A stretch of DNA of 64,000 nt from a virus, in IMG/VR virus record IMGVR_UViG_3300017779_000001. One strand, 5' to 3'. The notes beneath the pieces are model-generated. The model was given only the letters and a program-made list of their open reading frames with translations, made no database searches and was not told where the DNA came from. Positions 1-10,277 of this stretch are shown here, in pieces. Each line of letters starts with the position of its first letter. Positions within the stretch are counted from its first letter, which is position 1. Both the position numbers and the translations under genes were made by a program.

Positions 1-594
1 AGAAATGGATGGCAATCTAATGATGGGTGTGAATCAAATCCTAGATTTCAAAAATTGATGAATAGAATTATACGTATGTTTGATGATGAAGTCTTACCCT
101 TCTATGGGTTTAACAAAGGAGATGTCAGTGTACAGATTGGTAATTCTTGGGCAAACATTAATGGTCACATGTGTTGGAACTCTCCTCACTTACATAATGG
201 TTGTTGGTATAGTGGAGTGTTTTATATACATGCAGACGGTGACGAGGGAGATATTGATTTCATAGACACAGATGAAAAAGTGGTACACGACATGCCACCA
301 TCACCCATGATACAGATGTCATCACATCAACAACCGACTACAGGTAAATTGATATTGTTCCCAAGTGGTTTGATGCATATGGTAGAACCCAACATGACAC
401 AGAAAGAGAGATACAGTATATCCTTTAACATCAATTATCAGATGAACAATCAAATAAAGATTGGTGAGTCATTATCAAATAGATATTATCCATGGATATT
501 TGAATTAGACCAAGAGGGGTATCCCTTAAATTATCAAGATATAACTGGAAATATGCCACCACTCGAACCCCTTGAGGACGATACGATTACCTAA
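1..594 (+). CDS. 2OG-Fe(II) oxygenase (TIGR02466-like), 5' truncated
   Basis: Frame open from base 1 (RNGWQS...); motifs WANIN, PHLH...SGVFY, G.LILFPS.L.H.V, RYSISFN. Confidence 0.8.
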   Translation, partial: RNGWQSNDGCESNPRFQKLMNRIIRMFDDEVLPFYGFNKGDVSVQIGNSWANINGHMCWNSPHLHNGCWYSGVFYIHADGDEGDIDFIDTDEKVVHDMPPSPMIQMSSHQQPTTGKLILFPSGLMHMVEPNMTQKERYSISFNINYQMNNQIKIGESLSNRYYPWIFELDQEGYPLNYQDITGNMPPLEPLEDDTIT

Positions 595-602
595 ATAATC
601 GT

Positions 603-869
603 ATGGAACAAGGAATATTCATCGACCCCCATCTTATATGGAATCTTTTTTTAACAATGGTGTTACTACCAGTGGGTTTTTTCGTGCGTAGTGCTTTGAA
701 CGAACAAAAAAGAATCGATATACTTCTAAACAAAACAAGAGAAGAGTTAGCAAAGGAATACGTATCTAAAGATGAATTCCAACAATCTATGGATAGATTA
801 ATAGATTCTATGGAAAGAATTGACGAAAAACTCGACAGACTCCAATCTCGCACTTACTTCCAAGAATAA
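603..869 (+). CDS. small membrane protein with coiled coil
   Basis: N-terminal hydrophobic helix then heptad-rich tail; late-type box CCTAAATA at 590-597. Confidence 0.6.
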   Translation: MEQGIFIDPHLIWNLFLTMVLLPVGFFVRSALNEQKRIDILLNKTREELAKEYVSKDEFQQSMDRLIDSMERIDEKLDRLQSRTYFQE

Positions 870-873
870 TTGT

Positions 874-881
874 TATAAATA
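874..881 (+). promoter_or_regulatory. T4-type late promoter TATAAATA
   Basis: Exact T4 late consensus upstream of gp13. Other exact copies at 5653, 8257, 10905, 10914, 14307, 22152, 31098, 33837, 45394. Confidence 0.75.
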
Positions 882-914
882 GTATTGAACATTTAAAAAA
901 ATGGAAATAGTACT

Positions 915-1730
915 ATGGCAATACCAAACTCAAGGGCATCATTTAAAGAATATATTCTAAGAAGTCTTGGAGCTCCAGTGATTGAAATCAACGTGGATGA
1001 TGACCAAGTAGATGATAGAATAGATGAAGCCTTGCAATACTACAACGAATACCATTACGATGGTTCTATTCGTACCTATCTAAAACATCAATTGACTCAA
1101 AGTCAAATTGATACCATGAAGACTAACGAAACACATACTGGTGTTAATAGTTCCAGTAATGCATATCAAAGTCAAGAGTTCAAAGAAGAACAATCATATG
1201 TAGTGTTACCCGAATCAGTATTATCAGTAGTACGAATATTTCCTTTCAACGATAAACACAACCTCAATATGTTTGACCTTAGATATCAACTAAGATTGAA
1301 TGATGTATATGACCTAACTGCAACTAATGTATTGTACTACGAACAAGTGCAACAACACATCAGTCTATTAGACCATATGTTAGTGGGTGAAATACCTATA
1401 AGATATAAACAAGTTACTAACAGGTTATACCTAGATATGGATAAAGATTCTGTTACTGCTGGTGAGTTTATCTTGATTGAGTGTTTTAGAAAACTAGACC
1501 CTACGACTTATACAGACATATACAATGACATGTGGTTAAAAAGATATACAACTGCATTAGTTAAATATCAATGGGGTTCAAACCTTTCCAAATTCGGTGG
1601 GATGCAATTGCCTGGCGGAGTTGAGTTAAACGGAAATGAAATAATGACACAAGCACAGGAGGAGATTCGAAGACTAGAAGAGGAATCAAGATTGAACTAT
1701 GAATTACCTCCTATAGATATGATAGGTTAA
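915..1730 (+). CDS. gp13: neck protein gp13
   Basis: LGAPVIEINVDDDQVDDRIDEALQ, QWGSNLSKF.G.QLPGG; T4 synteny. Confidence 0.95.
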   Translation: MAIPNSRASFKEYILRSLGAPVIEINVDDDQVDDRIDEALQYYNEYHYDGSIRTYLKHQLTQSQIDTMKTNETHTGVNSSSNAYQSQEFKEEQSYVVLPESVLSVVRIFPFNDKHNLNMFDLRYQLRLNDVYDLTATNVLYYEQVQQHISLLDHMLVGEIPIRYKQVTNRLYLDMDKDSVTAGEFILIECFRKLDPTTYTDIYNDMWLKRYTTALVKYQWGSNLSKFGGMQLPGGVELNGNEIMTQAQEEIRRLEEESRLNYELPPIDMIG

Positions 1731-1732
1731 TT

Positions 1733-2602
1733 ATGCCAACAAATGTATTTTTCAATCATGCAGTATCGTCTGAACAACACCTGTATGAAGACTTAGTTGT
1801 TGAGTCACTTAGAATGTATGGTCACAACATCTACTATCTTCCTAGGGAGATAATAGAAGAAGACACCATTTTAGGAGAAGATGTTGCATCAAAATTTGGA
1901 GATGCATATGAGATTGAAGCATATCTAGAAAACGTAGAAGGATTTGAAGGAGAAGGAGACTTATATTCTAAGTTTGGTGTAGAGATAAGAGACCAAGCAA
2001 CCTTTGTGATTGCACTTAGAACATGGGAAAGATTCGTATCTCTAGATAATAACCTCACCTCATCATTCAGACCAAACGAAGGTGATGTAATACACTTCCC
2101 TCTCAGTGGTTCTTTATTTGAAATTAAGTTTGTTGAACATGAAGACCCATTCTATCAAGTCGGTAAGCTCTTTGTATTCAAGTGTAGATGTGAATTATTT
2201 GAATATAGAGGAGAAGATTTTGACACTGGTACTAATGCAGACTTGGTTGAAGCAGAAAGAACATACACTATAAGTGCAACAATGACTGCTGGTTCAGGAG
2301 ACTCAGGTAATTACACAGAAAATGAAGAACTTAAGATTGGTGATAATGTTATTGGTGAAGTGTCTACATATAAAAGGTCTAACAGAACTCTTACAATCAT
2401 ACACAACAATACACCACTTGCAGTGGGTGACAGATTAGTAGGTGCAGTGTCAGGTGCAACTAGACAGATACAAACAATTACCGATGCACTTGATATGCCA
2501 AATGACCCGAATGCACAAAATAAAGAATTCGAAGATGCAGCTGATAATTACATAGACTTCAGTGAAACAAACCCTTTCGGTGAGATAGGAAATAATAGTT
2601 AA
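1733..2602 (+). CDS. gp14: neck protein gp14
   Basis: YYLPRE, SKFG.EIRD, RPNEGD.I.FP, FEIKFVEHEDPFYQ.GK, C-terminal DFSE.NPFG. Confidence 0.95.
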   Translation: MPTNVFFNHAVSSEQHLYEDLVVESLRMYGHNIYYLPREIIEEDTILGEDVASKFGDAYEIEAYLENVEGFEGEGDLYSKFGVEIRDQATFVIALRTWERFVSLDNNLTSSFRPNEGDVIHFPLSGSLFEIKFVEHEDPFYQVGKLFVFKCRCELFEYRGEDFDTGTNADLVEAERTYTISATMTAGSGDSGNYTENEELKIGDNVIGEVSTYKRSNRTLTIIHNNTPLAVGDRLVGAVSGATRQIQTITDALDMPNDPNAQNKEFEDAADNYIDFSETNPFGEIGNNS

Positions 2603-2604
2603 TC

Positions 2605-3639
2605 ATGTTTACATATTTTTACAATGAAACAATAAGACGTTCAGTATCTGTGTTTGGTACCATGTTTAATAATATCACAGTTAAACAGACTAAATCAGAT
2701 GGGACAGTTGTAAACAGTATTAAAGTTCCTTTGTCGTATGGTCAAAGACAGAAGTTCTTACAGAGATTAAAAGAAGAACCCGATTTGAATGACAACTTAA
2801 GAAGTGCAATATCACTTCCTAGAATGGGATTTGAAGTCAGTGGTTTCACCTACGACCAAAATAGACAACAAAATAAACTTATCCGTTCCACTAAAACTAC
2901 TATGGAGTCAGATAATGTTAGTAGAAAGTTTCAATATCAACCCACACCATATGATATAAACTTTACACTATCCATCTATGCAAAGAACATGACAGATGGT
3001 TTACAAATAGTAGAACAAATACTACCGTATTTTCAACCCGAATATACGGTTGCAATGAAAATGATTGATGATATGTCAGAAGTAAGAGACGTACCTATCA
3101 TTTTAACAGGTGTAAATATGGACGACCAATTCGAAGGGTCGTTTGAAGACAAGAGAGTAATTAACTTTACTCTAGATTTTACAATGAAAACTTATTTCTT
3201 TGGCCCAGTATATAAAGGTAAAGTTATTACTAAGGTTAGAGAGAAAACATTTATAAATGATGGAAGACATGGTTTCACATCATCAGAACTTACTACATCA
3301 GGCATCGTAAAGGACGTTAAGTTTTACGAACCAGCATTTGAAGGAACAGTTGCAAGTGCAGTGTCTAATAACACTACAGTGACTTTCTCAGCTGCAATAG
3401 ATAGTAATGTATCTGTAAATGATACTATGGAAGGTTCATCTACTAATCCCGACCCAACAGTCTCTTCTATAGCAGGAGACAGACTGTCTGTAGTGGTTTC
3501 TAGTAACGTTACTTTGTCCCAAGGTGATAAAGTATACTTCACAGGAAGTGCATCTGCAGAGGACAATTATGTTATATCAGAAGATGTATCATTCTTTGAT
3601 GAGGGATATGGTGGTAATGAAGCTTCAACCACAGACTAG
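2605..3639 (+). CDS. gp15: tail sheath stabilizer/terminator gp15
   Basis: YFYNETIRR...FGTMFN, VPLSYG, LPRMGFE, QIVEQILPYFQP. Confidence 0.93.
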   Translation: MFTYFYNETIRRSVSVFGTMFNNITVKQTKSDGTVVNSIKVPLSYGQRQKFLQRLKEEPDLNDNLRSAISLPRMGFEVSGFTYDQNRQQNKLIRSTKTTMESDNVSRKFQYQPTPYDINFTLSIYAKNMTDGLQIVEQILPYFQPEYTVAMKMIDDMSEVRDVPIILTGVNMDDQFEGSFEDKRVINFTLDFTMKTYFFGPVYKGKVITKVREKTFINDGRHGFTSSELTTSGIVKDVKFYEPAFEGTVASAVSNNTTVTFSAAIDSNVSVNDTMEGSSTNPDPTVSSIAGDRLSVVVSSNVTLSQGDKVYFTGSASAEDNYVISEDVSFFDEGYGGNEASTTD

Positions 3640-3648
3640 TGAAAAATT

Positions 3649-4071
3649 ATGACAGACAATGTTGACGATAAATTAAATCAAATATTAGATATAAACACGG
3701 ACATGAAGAAGGACTTAAAGAAAGTCCCTACAGTCCGTACAGACCTCTCTAAGGAGTCTTTAGAGACAGACTATAGATATGCAAGGGAAAATCTTTACGA
3801 CCTTGTAGAGAGGGGACAGGATGCATTAGACGGTATCCTAGACCTATCTAAAGAGATGGAGAATCCTCGTGCATATGAAGTGGCAGGACAGATACTTAAA
3901 ACCACCTCAGAGATTGCAGAAAAACTTTTAGACCTTCAGGTCAAAATGAAAAGTATCAACAAAGAAGAAATTGCAAAAGAAGGTGATACTCATAATCACT
4001 TATACGTTGGGTCAACATCAGACTTACAAAAATATTTGAAGAAAAACAAACATGGTAAATCCGAAGAATGA
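3649..4071 (+). CDS. gp16: terminase small subunit gp16
   Basis: DY.YARENLY.L.E.G, PRAYEVAGQ, L.VGST.DLQK. Confidence 0.92.
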   Translation: MTDNVDDKLNQILDINTDMKKDLKKVPTVRTDLSKESLETDYRYARENLYDLVERGQDALDGILDLSKEMENPRAYEVAGQILKTTSEIAEKLLDLQVKMKSINKEEIAKEGDTHNHLYVGSTSDLQKYLKKNKHGKSEE

Positions 4072-5641
4072 AGGTTATCTAGGTAACACTCAAATCAAAC
4101 GTGCAAACGTTGAGACGAAGTATACCAAAGAAGAACTAGACGAATATCTCAAGTGTCAACAAGACCCTTGTTATTTTATTGAATCTTATACACAGATTAT
4201 CTCTCTTGATGAGGGTATGGTTCCTTTTAAGTTACGTGGATATCAAGAAAGTTTAATAACACATTATAATGAAGAAAGATTCAGTATAGTACTTGCATCG
4301 AGACAAAGTGGTAAGTCTATTACGTCTTGTGCATATTTACTATGGTATCTATTGTTTACACCCGAAGTTACAGTAGCTGTTCTTGCAAACAAAGGTGCAA
4401 TTGCAAGAGAGATGGTTGCAAGGATAACTACTATGTTAGAATCTGTTCCTTTCTTTTTACAGCCTGGGGTTAAGATTCTAAACAAAGGTAATATAGAATT
4501 TGGTAATGATAGTAAACTAGTTGCAGCTGCAACATCATCATCATCAATTCGTGGACTTTCTATTAATATGTTGTACCTAGATGAGTTTGCATTCGTTGAA
4601 AATGCAGAAGAGTTCTACACTGCAACATATCCCGTGGTTACTTCAGGTAGAGATTCTAAGGTAATTATCACTTCTACTGCAAACGGTGTGGGTAATATGT
4701 TCCATAAAATATATGAAAGTGCAACTGTAGGTGAATCAGAATACAAATCGTTTCTGATAAACTGGTATGATGTTCCAGGCCGTGATGAAGAATGGAAGAA
4801 ACAAACTATTGCAAACACTTCTGAGTTACAGTTTCAACAAGAGTATGGTAATAGTTTCTTAGGAACGGGTAATACACTTATTGCATCTGATACACTGTTA
4901 GGATTACGTTCATCAAATCCTATCTGGCACAAGGAAGGTTTTAGTGTTTATAAAAAGCCAGAGAAGACTCACACCTATATATGTACTGTAGATGTATCGA
5001 AAGGGAGAGGTTTTGACTATTCAACCTTTACAATTTTCGATGTATCCACTGAACCATTTGAACAGGTTGCAGTATATAGAGACAATATGATATCTCCATT
5101 ACTGTATCCCGATGTAATTGCAAAATATTGTTCACACTATAACACTGCATTAGTGATTATAGAAAACAATGCAGAGGGAGCTGTGGTTGCACAACAGATG
5201 CATTATGATTTAGAATATGATAATGTATTCGTTCAGGGTGGTTTAAGATTAGAAGACATCGGGGTAACAATGACCCGAAAGATTAAAAGAATAGGAACTT
5301 CTACACTTAAGGAAGTGTTAGAAGAAAATAAATTGAAAATTTGTGATAGGGAGTTGATAAAAGAACTCTTAACTTATGTGAATAAAGGAATGTCTTTTGA
5401 AGCAGATAGAGGTTATCATGATGATTTAGTTATGAATTGTGTGGTGTTTAGTTGGTTTTTAACAACTCAATTTTTTGAACACCTAACAAACAATAAAGTT
5501 AAAGACTTACTATACGCAGGACAACAACAGGAAATATATGACGATGTCTTACCAGTAGGAGTTTTTGGAGAACTGGATAAAGAGTCTCACTCATTTGTAG
5601 ACACGAGTGGAGACCGATGGTATTTACAAGAGAACGACTAA
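4052..5641 (+). CDS. gp17: terminase large subunit gp17
   Basis: Walker A SRQSGKS, Walker B LYLDEFAF, ITSTANG, nuclease DVSKG.G.DYS, HDDLVM. Confidence 0.97.
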   Translation: MVNPKNEGYLGNTQIKRANVETKYTKEELDEYLKCQQDPCYFIESYTQIISLDEGMVPFKLRGYQESLITHYNEERFSIVLASRQSGKSITSCAYLLWYLLFTPEVTVAVLANKGAIAREMVARITTMLESVPFFLQPGVKILNKGNIEFGNDSKLVAAATSSSSIRGLSINMLYLDEFAFVENAEEFYTATYPVVTSGRDSKVIITSTANGVGNMFHKIYESATVGESEYKSFLINWYDVPGRDEEWKKQTIANTSELQFQQEYGNSFLGTGNTLIASDTLLGLRSSNPIWHKEGFSVYKKPEKTHTYICTVDVSKGRGFDYSTFTIFDVSTEPFEQVAVYRDNMISPLLYPDVIAKYCSHYNTALVIIENNAEGAVVAQQMHYDLEYDNVFVQGGLRLEDIGVTMTRKIKRIGTSTLKEVLEENKLKICDRELIKELLTYVNKGMSFEADRGYHDDLVMNCVVFSWFLTTQFFEHLTNNKVKDLLYAGQQQEIYDDVLPVGVFGELDKESHSFVDTSGDRWYLQEND

Positions 5642-5700
5642 GTTCAAAAAAATATAAATACATTAAAAGAATTGACTAAGGTCGCAAAAAGGAGAAAAAT

Positions 5701-7707
5701 ATGGCATTTCAAGTATCACCAGGCGTACAGGTTAAAGAAGTTGACCTTACAAATGTAGTACCTGCAGTAGCAGGGACAAGTGGTGCATTTGCTGGAACTT
5801 TTTCATGGGGCCCAGTTGATGAGGTTGTAACCGTATCAGGTCAACAAGAGTTAGTAGAGGTTTTTAATTCACCAGCAAATAATAACGCAGGTGCAGAAGA
5901 TTTCTTTACTGCAGAGGGTTTCCTAAGATATGGTTCATCATTAAGAGTAGTTAGAGTTAACTCAACAAACCTTGCAAACGCAAACGCTTCTTCAACCGCT
6001 TCACAAATTATTAAGAACGGTTCAGAATACATAGAGTCTTACAGAGACTTGAGTAATTCAGGAAGTGTTGGAGCATATGTTGCTAAGTTCGCAGGTGCAT
6101 TGGGTAATTCATTAAGTGTTCATGTTTGTGCATCTTCAAATGCATGGCAGGAAGCTTCAGCAGGTAACACAACTGCAGACAACGCTCTAAATGCAACGTC
6201 TATCACTGGTGTCACAAACGCATCAACACTATTTGTTGTTGGTGACGTTATCGTGTTTGACAATCACACTCAAGAGTATAAAGTAACTGCAGTAGCAGGA
6301 ACTTCACTAACTATTGAAGCACTTAACCAACCAGCTGGAACAGGTTTAACATCTGCAGTTGATGGTTCAGGTTCAGGTGCAGCAGTAGGTATTACTCGTA
6401 AGTGGGAATGGCAATCATATTTTGAAAAAGCACCTGGCACATCTGCACTAGCAGCTGCTAATGGTTCATCTAACGATGAAATTCATATAGTAATCGTAGA
6501 CGAAGACGGAGATATATCAGGAACTAAAAATACAGTTCTTGAATCATATGGATTTGTTTCATTAGCATCAGACGCAAAAAATTTAAACGGAGATTCAAAC
6601 TTTTACAGAGATGTATTAGAGAGAGACTCACAATGGGTATATGTTACTTCACACTTGGCAGCAATTGTGTCAAACACAAGTACTATATACACATCTTCAT
6701 CTTTAGGTTCAAATAACCTAACACCCGACTTACCACAGAAAACAGCATTCGGTGCTGGTAATGATGGTAACCTTCCTACAGCAGGACAAAAGTACGGTGC
6801 ATGGCAAGACCATTTCGAAGATGGAGAAACATCAGACATTTCATTCCTTATCGTAGGTTCAACAAGAACTGATAACGGAAGTGGAACAGAACAAGATACC
6901 CTTGCAGATTGGACAACAATCGTTAATCAGGGTATATTGGTTTGTGAAAAACGTAAGGATTGTCTATTATTAGCATCACCAAGAAGAGCATCAGTTGTTA
7001 ACGTTTCATCAGAAGCGACCCAATTGTCAAACGTACTAGCAGACGTTAATACTGCATCAAGTTCTTCATTCTGTGTCTTTGACTCAGGTTGGTTATATGT
7101 CTATGATAAGTACAATGATAGATACGTTTATGTTCCTGCTAACGGACACACAGGTGGAATTATGGCAAGGTCAGACTTATTGAATGACCCATGGTTCTCA
7201 CCAGCAGGTTTCAACAGAGGACAATACCTAGGAGTAACCAAACTTGCATTTAATCCTAAGAAGGCATCAAGAGATGACTTGTATAGAGCAAGAGTTAATC
7301 CAGTGGTAACATTCCCTGGCCAAGGAACCGTGTTGTTTGGAGATAAAACAGGACTAACACAACCATCAGCGTTCGATAGAATTAACGTACGAAGACTATT
7401 CATCGTATTAGAGAAAGCAATTTCAGCAGCAGCTAAAGGTAGACTCTTTGAATTCAATGACGGATTCACAAGAGCTCAGTTTAGAAGTGCAATTGAACCT
7501 TTCCTAAGAGATGTTAAAAATAGAAAAGGTATTTACGACTTCTCAGTAGTATGTGATGAGTCTAACAATACTGATTCGGTGGTAGATAGAAATGAGTTTG
7601 TCGCATCTATCTTCATTAAACCAGCTAAATCTATTAATTTCATCACTCTTAACTTCGTGGCTGCAAGGTCAGGTGTTGAGTTTGAAGAACTTTATGGTGC
7701 AATCTAA
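5701..7707 (+). CDS. gp18: tail sheath protein gp18
   Basis: SPGVQVKEVDLT, PWFSPAG.NRG, FDRINVRRLF, KP.KSINFI.LNF. Confidence 0.97.
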   Translation: MAFQVSPGVQVKEVDLTNVVPAVAGTSGAFAGTFSWGPVDEVVTVSGQQELVEVFNSPANNNAGAEDFFTAEGFLRYGSSLRVVRVNSTNLANANASSTASQIIKNGSEYIESYRDLSNSGSVGAYVAKFAGALGNSLSVHVCASSNAWQEASAGNTTADNALNATSITGVTNASTLFVVGDVIVFDNHTQEYKVTAVAGTSLTIEALNQPAGTGLTSAVDGSGSGAAVGITRKWEWQSYFEKAPGTSALAAANGSSNDEIHIVIVDEDGDISGTKNTVLESYGFVSLASDAKNLNGDSNFYRDVLERDSQWVYVTSHLAAIVSNTSTIYTSSSLGSNNLTPDLPQKTAFGAGNDGNLPTAGQKYGAWQDHFEDGETSDISFLIVGSTRTDNGSGTEQDTLADWTTIVNQGILVCEKRKDCLLLASPRRASVVNVSSEATQLSNVLADVNTASSSSFCVFDSGWLYVYDKYNDRYVYVPANGHTGGIMARSDLLNDPWFSPAGFNRGQYLGVTKLAFNPKKASRDDLYRARVNPVVTFPGQGTVLFGDKTGLTQPSAFDRINVRRLFIVLEKAISAAAKGRLFEFNDGFTRAQFRSAIEPFLRDVKNRKGIYDFSVVCDESNNTDSVVDRNEFVASIFIKPAKSINFITLNFVAARSGVEFEELYGAI

Positions 7708-7717
7708 GGAGTAAACA

Positions 7718-8215
7718 ATGGCAAGTATAGACAGTTTTAAAGCACAATTACTCGGTGGAGGCCCAAGAGCAAATAGATTTAAGGTTTTCCTACCTAGGTC
7801 AGGTGGTAAGATTGAGTTCCTTTGTAAGGCAGCTCAGATACCAGCATCAACTATCCCAGCATTTGAGGTGAACTTTAGAGGTTCAAAACTTAAAATCGCA
7901 GGTGATAGAACATTTGAAGATTGGACTGTTTCAATCATCAATGATGTGGAGTTCTCTGCAAGAACAGCTCTAGAAGCATGGCAGAGAGATATCCAAGAAC
8001 TAGATTCAGGAGAAGGTTTAACATCACTAGATTATCTATTAGATAGGGCTTTCGTTGAACAATTAAACAAAGACGATACTGTGTTGGCAAGATATGAGTT
8101 CTTCAACATGTTCCCTAACAATATTGGTGAAATCGCATTAGATTACGATACAACCGACCAGTTGGAGACATTTGATGTCACATTCTCATATTCACACTGG
8201 CAGAGAGTCGTTTAA
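7718..8215 (+). CDS. gp19: tail tube protein gp19
   Basis: GG.RANRF, KIAGDRTFEDWTV.IIND. Confidence 0.95.
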   Translation: MASIDSFKAQLLGGGPRANRFKVFLPRSGGKIEFLCKAAQIPASTIPAFEVNFRGSKLKIAGDRTFEDWTVSIINDVEFSARTALEAWQRDIQELDSGEGLTSLDYLLDRAFVEQLNKDDTVLARYEFFNMFPNNIGEIALDYDTTDQLETFDVTFSYSHWQRVV

Positions 8216-8272
8216 TTTAGAAGGATTATACTCCCCTAGACACATGTTTCGGGGAGTATAAATATATATATT

Positions 8273-9796
8273 ATGGAATTATTTGGATTCGAGATAACTC
8301 GTAAAACAGAAACACAACAGGGGAAAGAGAAAATCTCAGCCCCTTCATTCGTACCACCAGTTGAGGATGACGGAACACCCGTTATTCAACAACAAGCAGG
8401 GTATGTCTCAGGTGCAGCTTATGGTGCATATGTGGACATGGAAGGTGGTATCAAAAATGAGGTTGACCTCATTAGAAGGTATCGTGAAGTATCATTGATA
8501 CCCGAATGTGACTCTGCTATTGAAGACATTGTCAACGAGTGTATCACTTCTGATGTCAAGGATAATATAGTATCACTTGATTTGGGTAAAGTAAAGTTGA
8601 CTGCAAGTATAAAGTCAAAGATACAAGAAGAATTTGATTATCTTCTACACCTAATGAAGTTCCCTCAGAACTCTCATGAACTATTCAGAAAATGGTACGT
8701 TGATGGAAGAATATACTTCCATAAAGTCGTGGACAAAAATAATGTCAAGAAAGGTATTGTGGACTTGAGAAACATCGACCCTCTCAAAATTAAGAAGGTC
8801 AGAAACGTTGAGAAAGAAAAAGACGCAAAAACCAAAATCGAAAAGATTAAGAAAGTTGAAGAGTTCTTTATGTTCAATGATAAAGGATTCAACAAGACAG
8901 GTACCAGTGATGGTACAACTATGAGGATTGCACCCGAGGCAGTAACATATACAACATCGGGACTATTAGACTATAGTAAAAATGTAGTGATAGGATATCT
9001 TCATAAAGCATTGAAGACTGCAAATCAGTTATCAATGATGGAGGATGCACTTGTAATATACAGAATCACAAGAGCTCCTGAGAGAAGAATTTATTACATT
9101 GATGTAGGTAACCTTCCGAAAGCAAAAGCAGAACAGTACCTTGCAGATGTGATGAACAAGTATAGAAATAAACTTGTTTACAATGCAGCTACAGGGGAAA
9201 TCAAAGACGACAGAAAACATATGTCGATGATGGAAGATTACTGGTTACCACGTAGAGAAGGTGGTAGAGGTACAGAGATAACAACTTTGCCTGGCGGTCA
9301 GAACCTTGCAGAGATTGAAGATGTTGAATACTTTAAGAAGAAGTTATACAAGTCTTTAAGTGTACCAATATCTAGATTAGAATCCGATGCTGGTTTCTCT
9401 CTAGGAAGAGCATCAGAGATTAATAGGGATGAACTTAAATTTAACAAGTTCACCAACAGACTTCAAATGAAGTTTTCTAGATGTTTCACTGATATCCTAA
9501 GGACTCAGTTGATACTAAAGAACATAATGAAACCCGATGAATTTGACGGTGTTTCAGATTTTATTAAGTATGATTTTGCATCAGACAACCACTTTACAGA
9601 GTTGAAAGATTCAGAAATCATAAGAGAGAGGATTGACACTATGCAGAATATGTCAGAACTCGTAGGTAAATATTACTCTATCGATTATGTTAGAAAGAAT
9701 ATTCTCATGCAATCAGAACAAGAAATTGAGAAAATTAATAAACAGATAGAGTCAGAAAAAGAATTAGGTCTTTACGGAGATGACGAGGAGTACTAA
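8273..9796 (+). CDS. gp20: portal protein gp20
   Basis: WYVDGRIY, EDALVIYRITRAPERRIYYIDVGNLPK, EDYWLPRREGGRGTEI. Confidence 0.97.
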   Translation: MELFGFEITRKTETQQGKEKISAPSFVPPVEDDGTPVIQQQAGYVSGAAYGAYVDMEGGIKNEVDLIRRYREVSLIPECDSAIEDIVNECITSDVKDNIVSLDLGKVKLTASIKSKIQEEFDYLLHLMKFPQNSHELFRKWYVDGRIYFHKVVDKNNVKKGIVDLRNIDPLKIKKVRNVEKEKDAKTKIEKIKKVEEFFMFNDKGFNKTGTSDGTTMRIAPEAVTYTTSGLLDYSKNVVIGYLHKALKTANQLSMMEDALVIYRITRAPERRIYYIDVGNLPKAKAEQYLADVMNKYRNKLVYNAATGEIKDDRKHMSMMEDYWLPRREGGRGTEITTLPGGQNLAEIEDVEYFKKKLYKSLSVPISRLESDAGFSLGRASEINRDELKFNKFTNRLQMKFSRCFTDILRTQLILKNIMKPDEFDGVSDFIKYDFASDNHFTELKDSEIIRERIDTMQNMSELVGKYYSIDYVRKNILMQSEQEIEKINKQIESEKELGLYGDDEEY

Positions 9797-9981
9797 TGAG
9801 TAATGTAAAAGAAATTGTTAATGGAATAGAACGTGGTGAATTAAATGATGCAAGAGAACTCATCAATCAGACACTTAGTCAGAAAGCTGCAGAAGTGGTT
9901 GATATGAAAAGAGTCGAACAATCTATGGATTGGATGAATGCATCTGAAAATCAAGAAGTACCATTAGAGTCAGAAGACTAA
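9796..9981 (+). CDS. small prohead core protein (gp67 position)
   Basis: Position between gp20 and gp21; acidic 61 aa. Confidence 0.5.
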   Translation: MSNVKEIVNGIERGELNDARELINQTLSQKAAEVVDMKRVEQSMDWMNASENQEVPLESED

Positions 9982-10277
9982 TGAAAACGTTCTCTCAACT
10001 TACAAGAGACTTATATGAGGTAAAGATGTCTTTACCCACAGGTCATAAAGAAGTTAAAGTAGAGAAGATGAGAGTTGGTGGTAAAAATTATGATATCACC
10101 TATTCACAAAAGGGTCGTGAGGTATTTGCATACGTCAACGATAACGAAACAGGCCCCTATAGGAACATGAAAGAAGCAGAGAAGTCAGTAAAAGAAATGT
10201 CTAAACTGTTCAAACAAATGAACTTTGAGGGAGTAAAAATAGAGGAGATTTTCAATGAAATTAATTTCAGAGTTTAA
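9981..10277 (+). CDS. putative prohead core/internal protein
   Basis: Position before gp21; N-terminus MKTFSQL resembles the T4 capsid-targeting sequence. Confidence 0.5.
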   Translation: MKTFSQLTRDLYEVKMSLPTGHKEVKVEKMRVGGKNYDITYSQKGREVFAYVNDNETGPYRNMKEAEKSVKEMSKLFKQMNFEGVKIEEIFNEINFRV

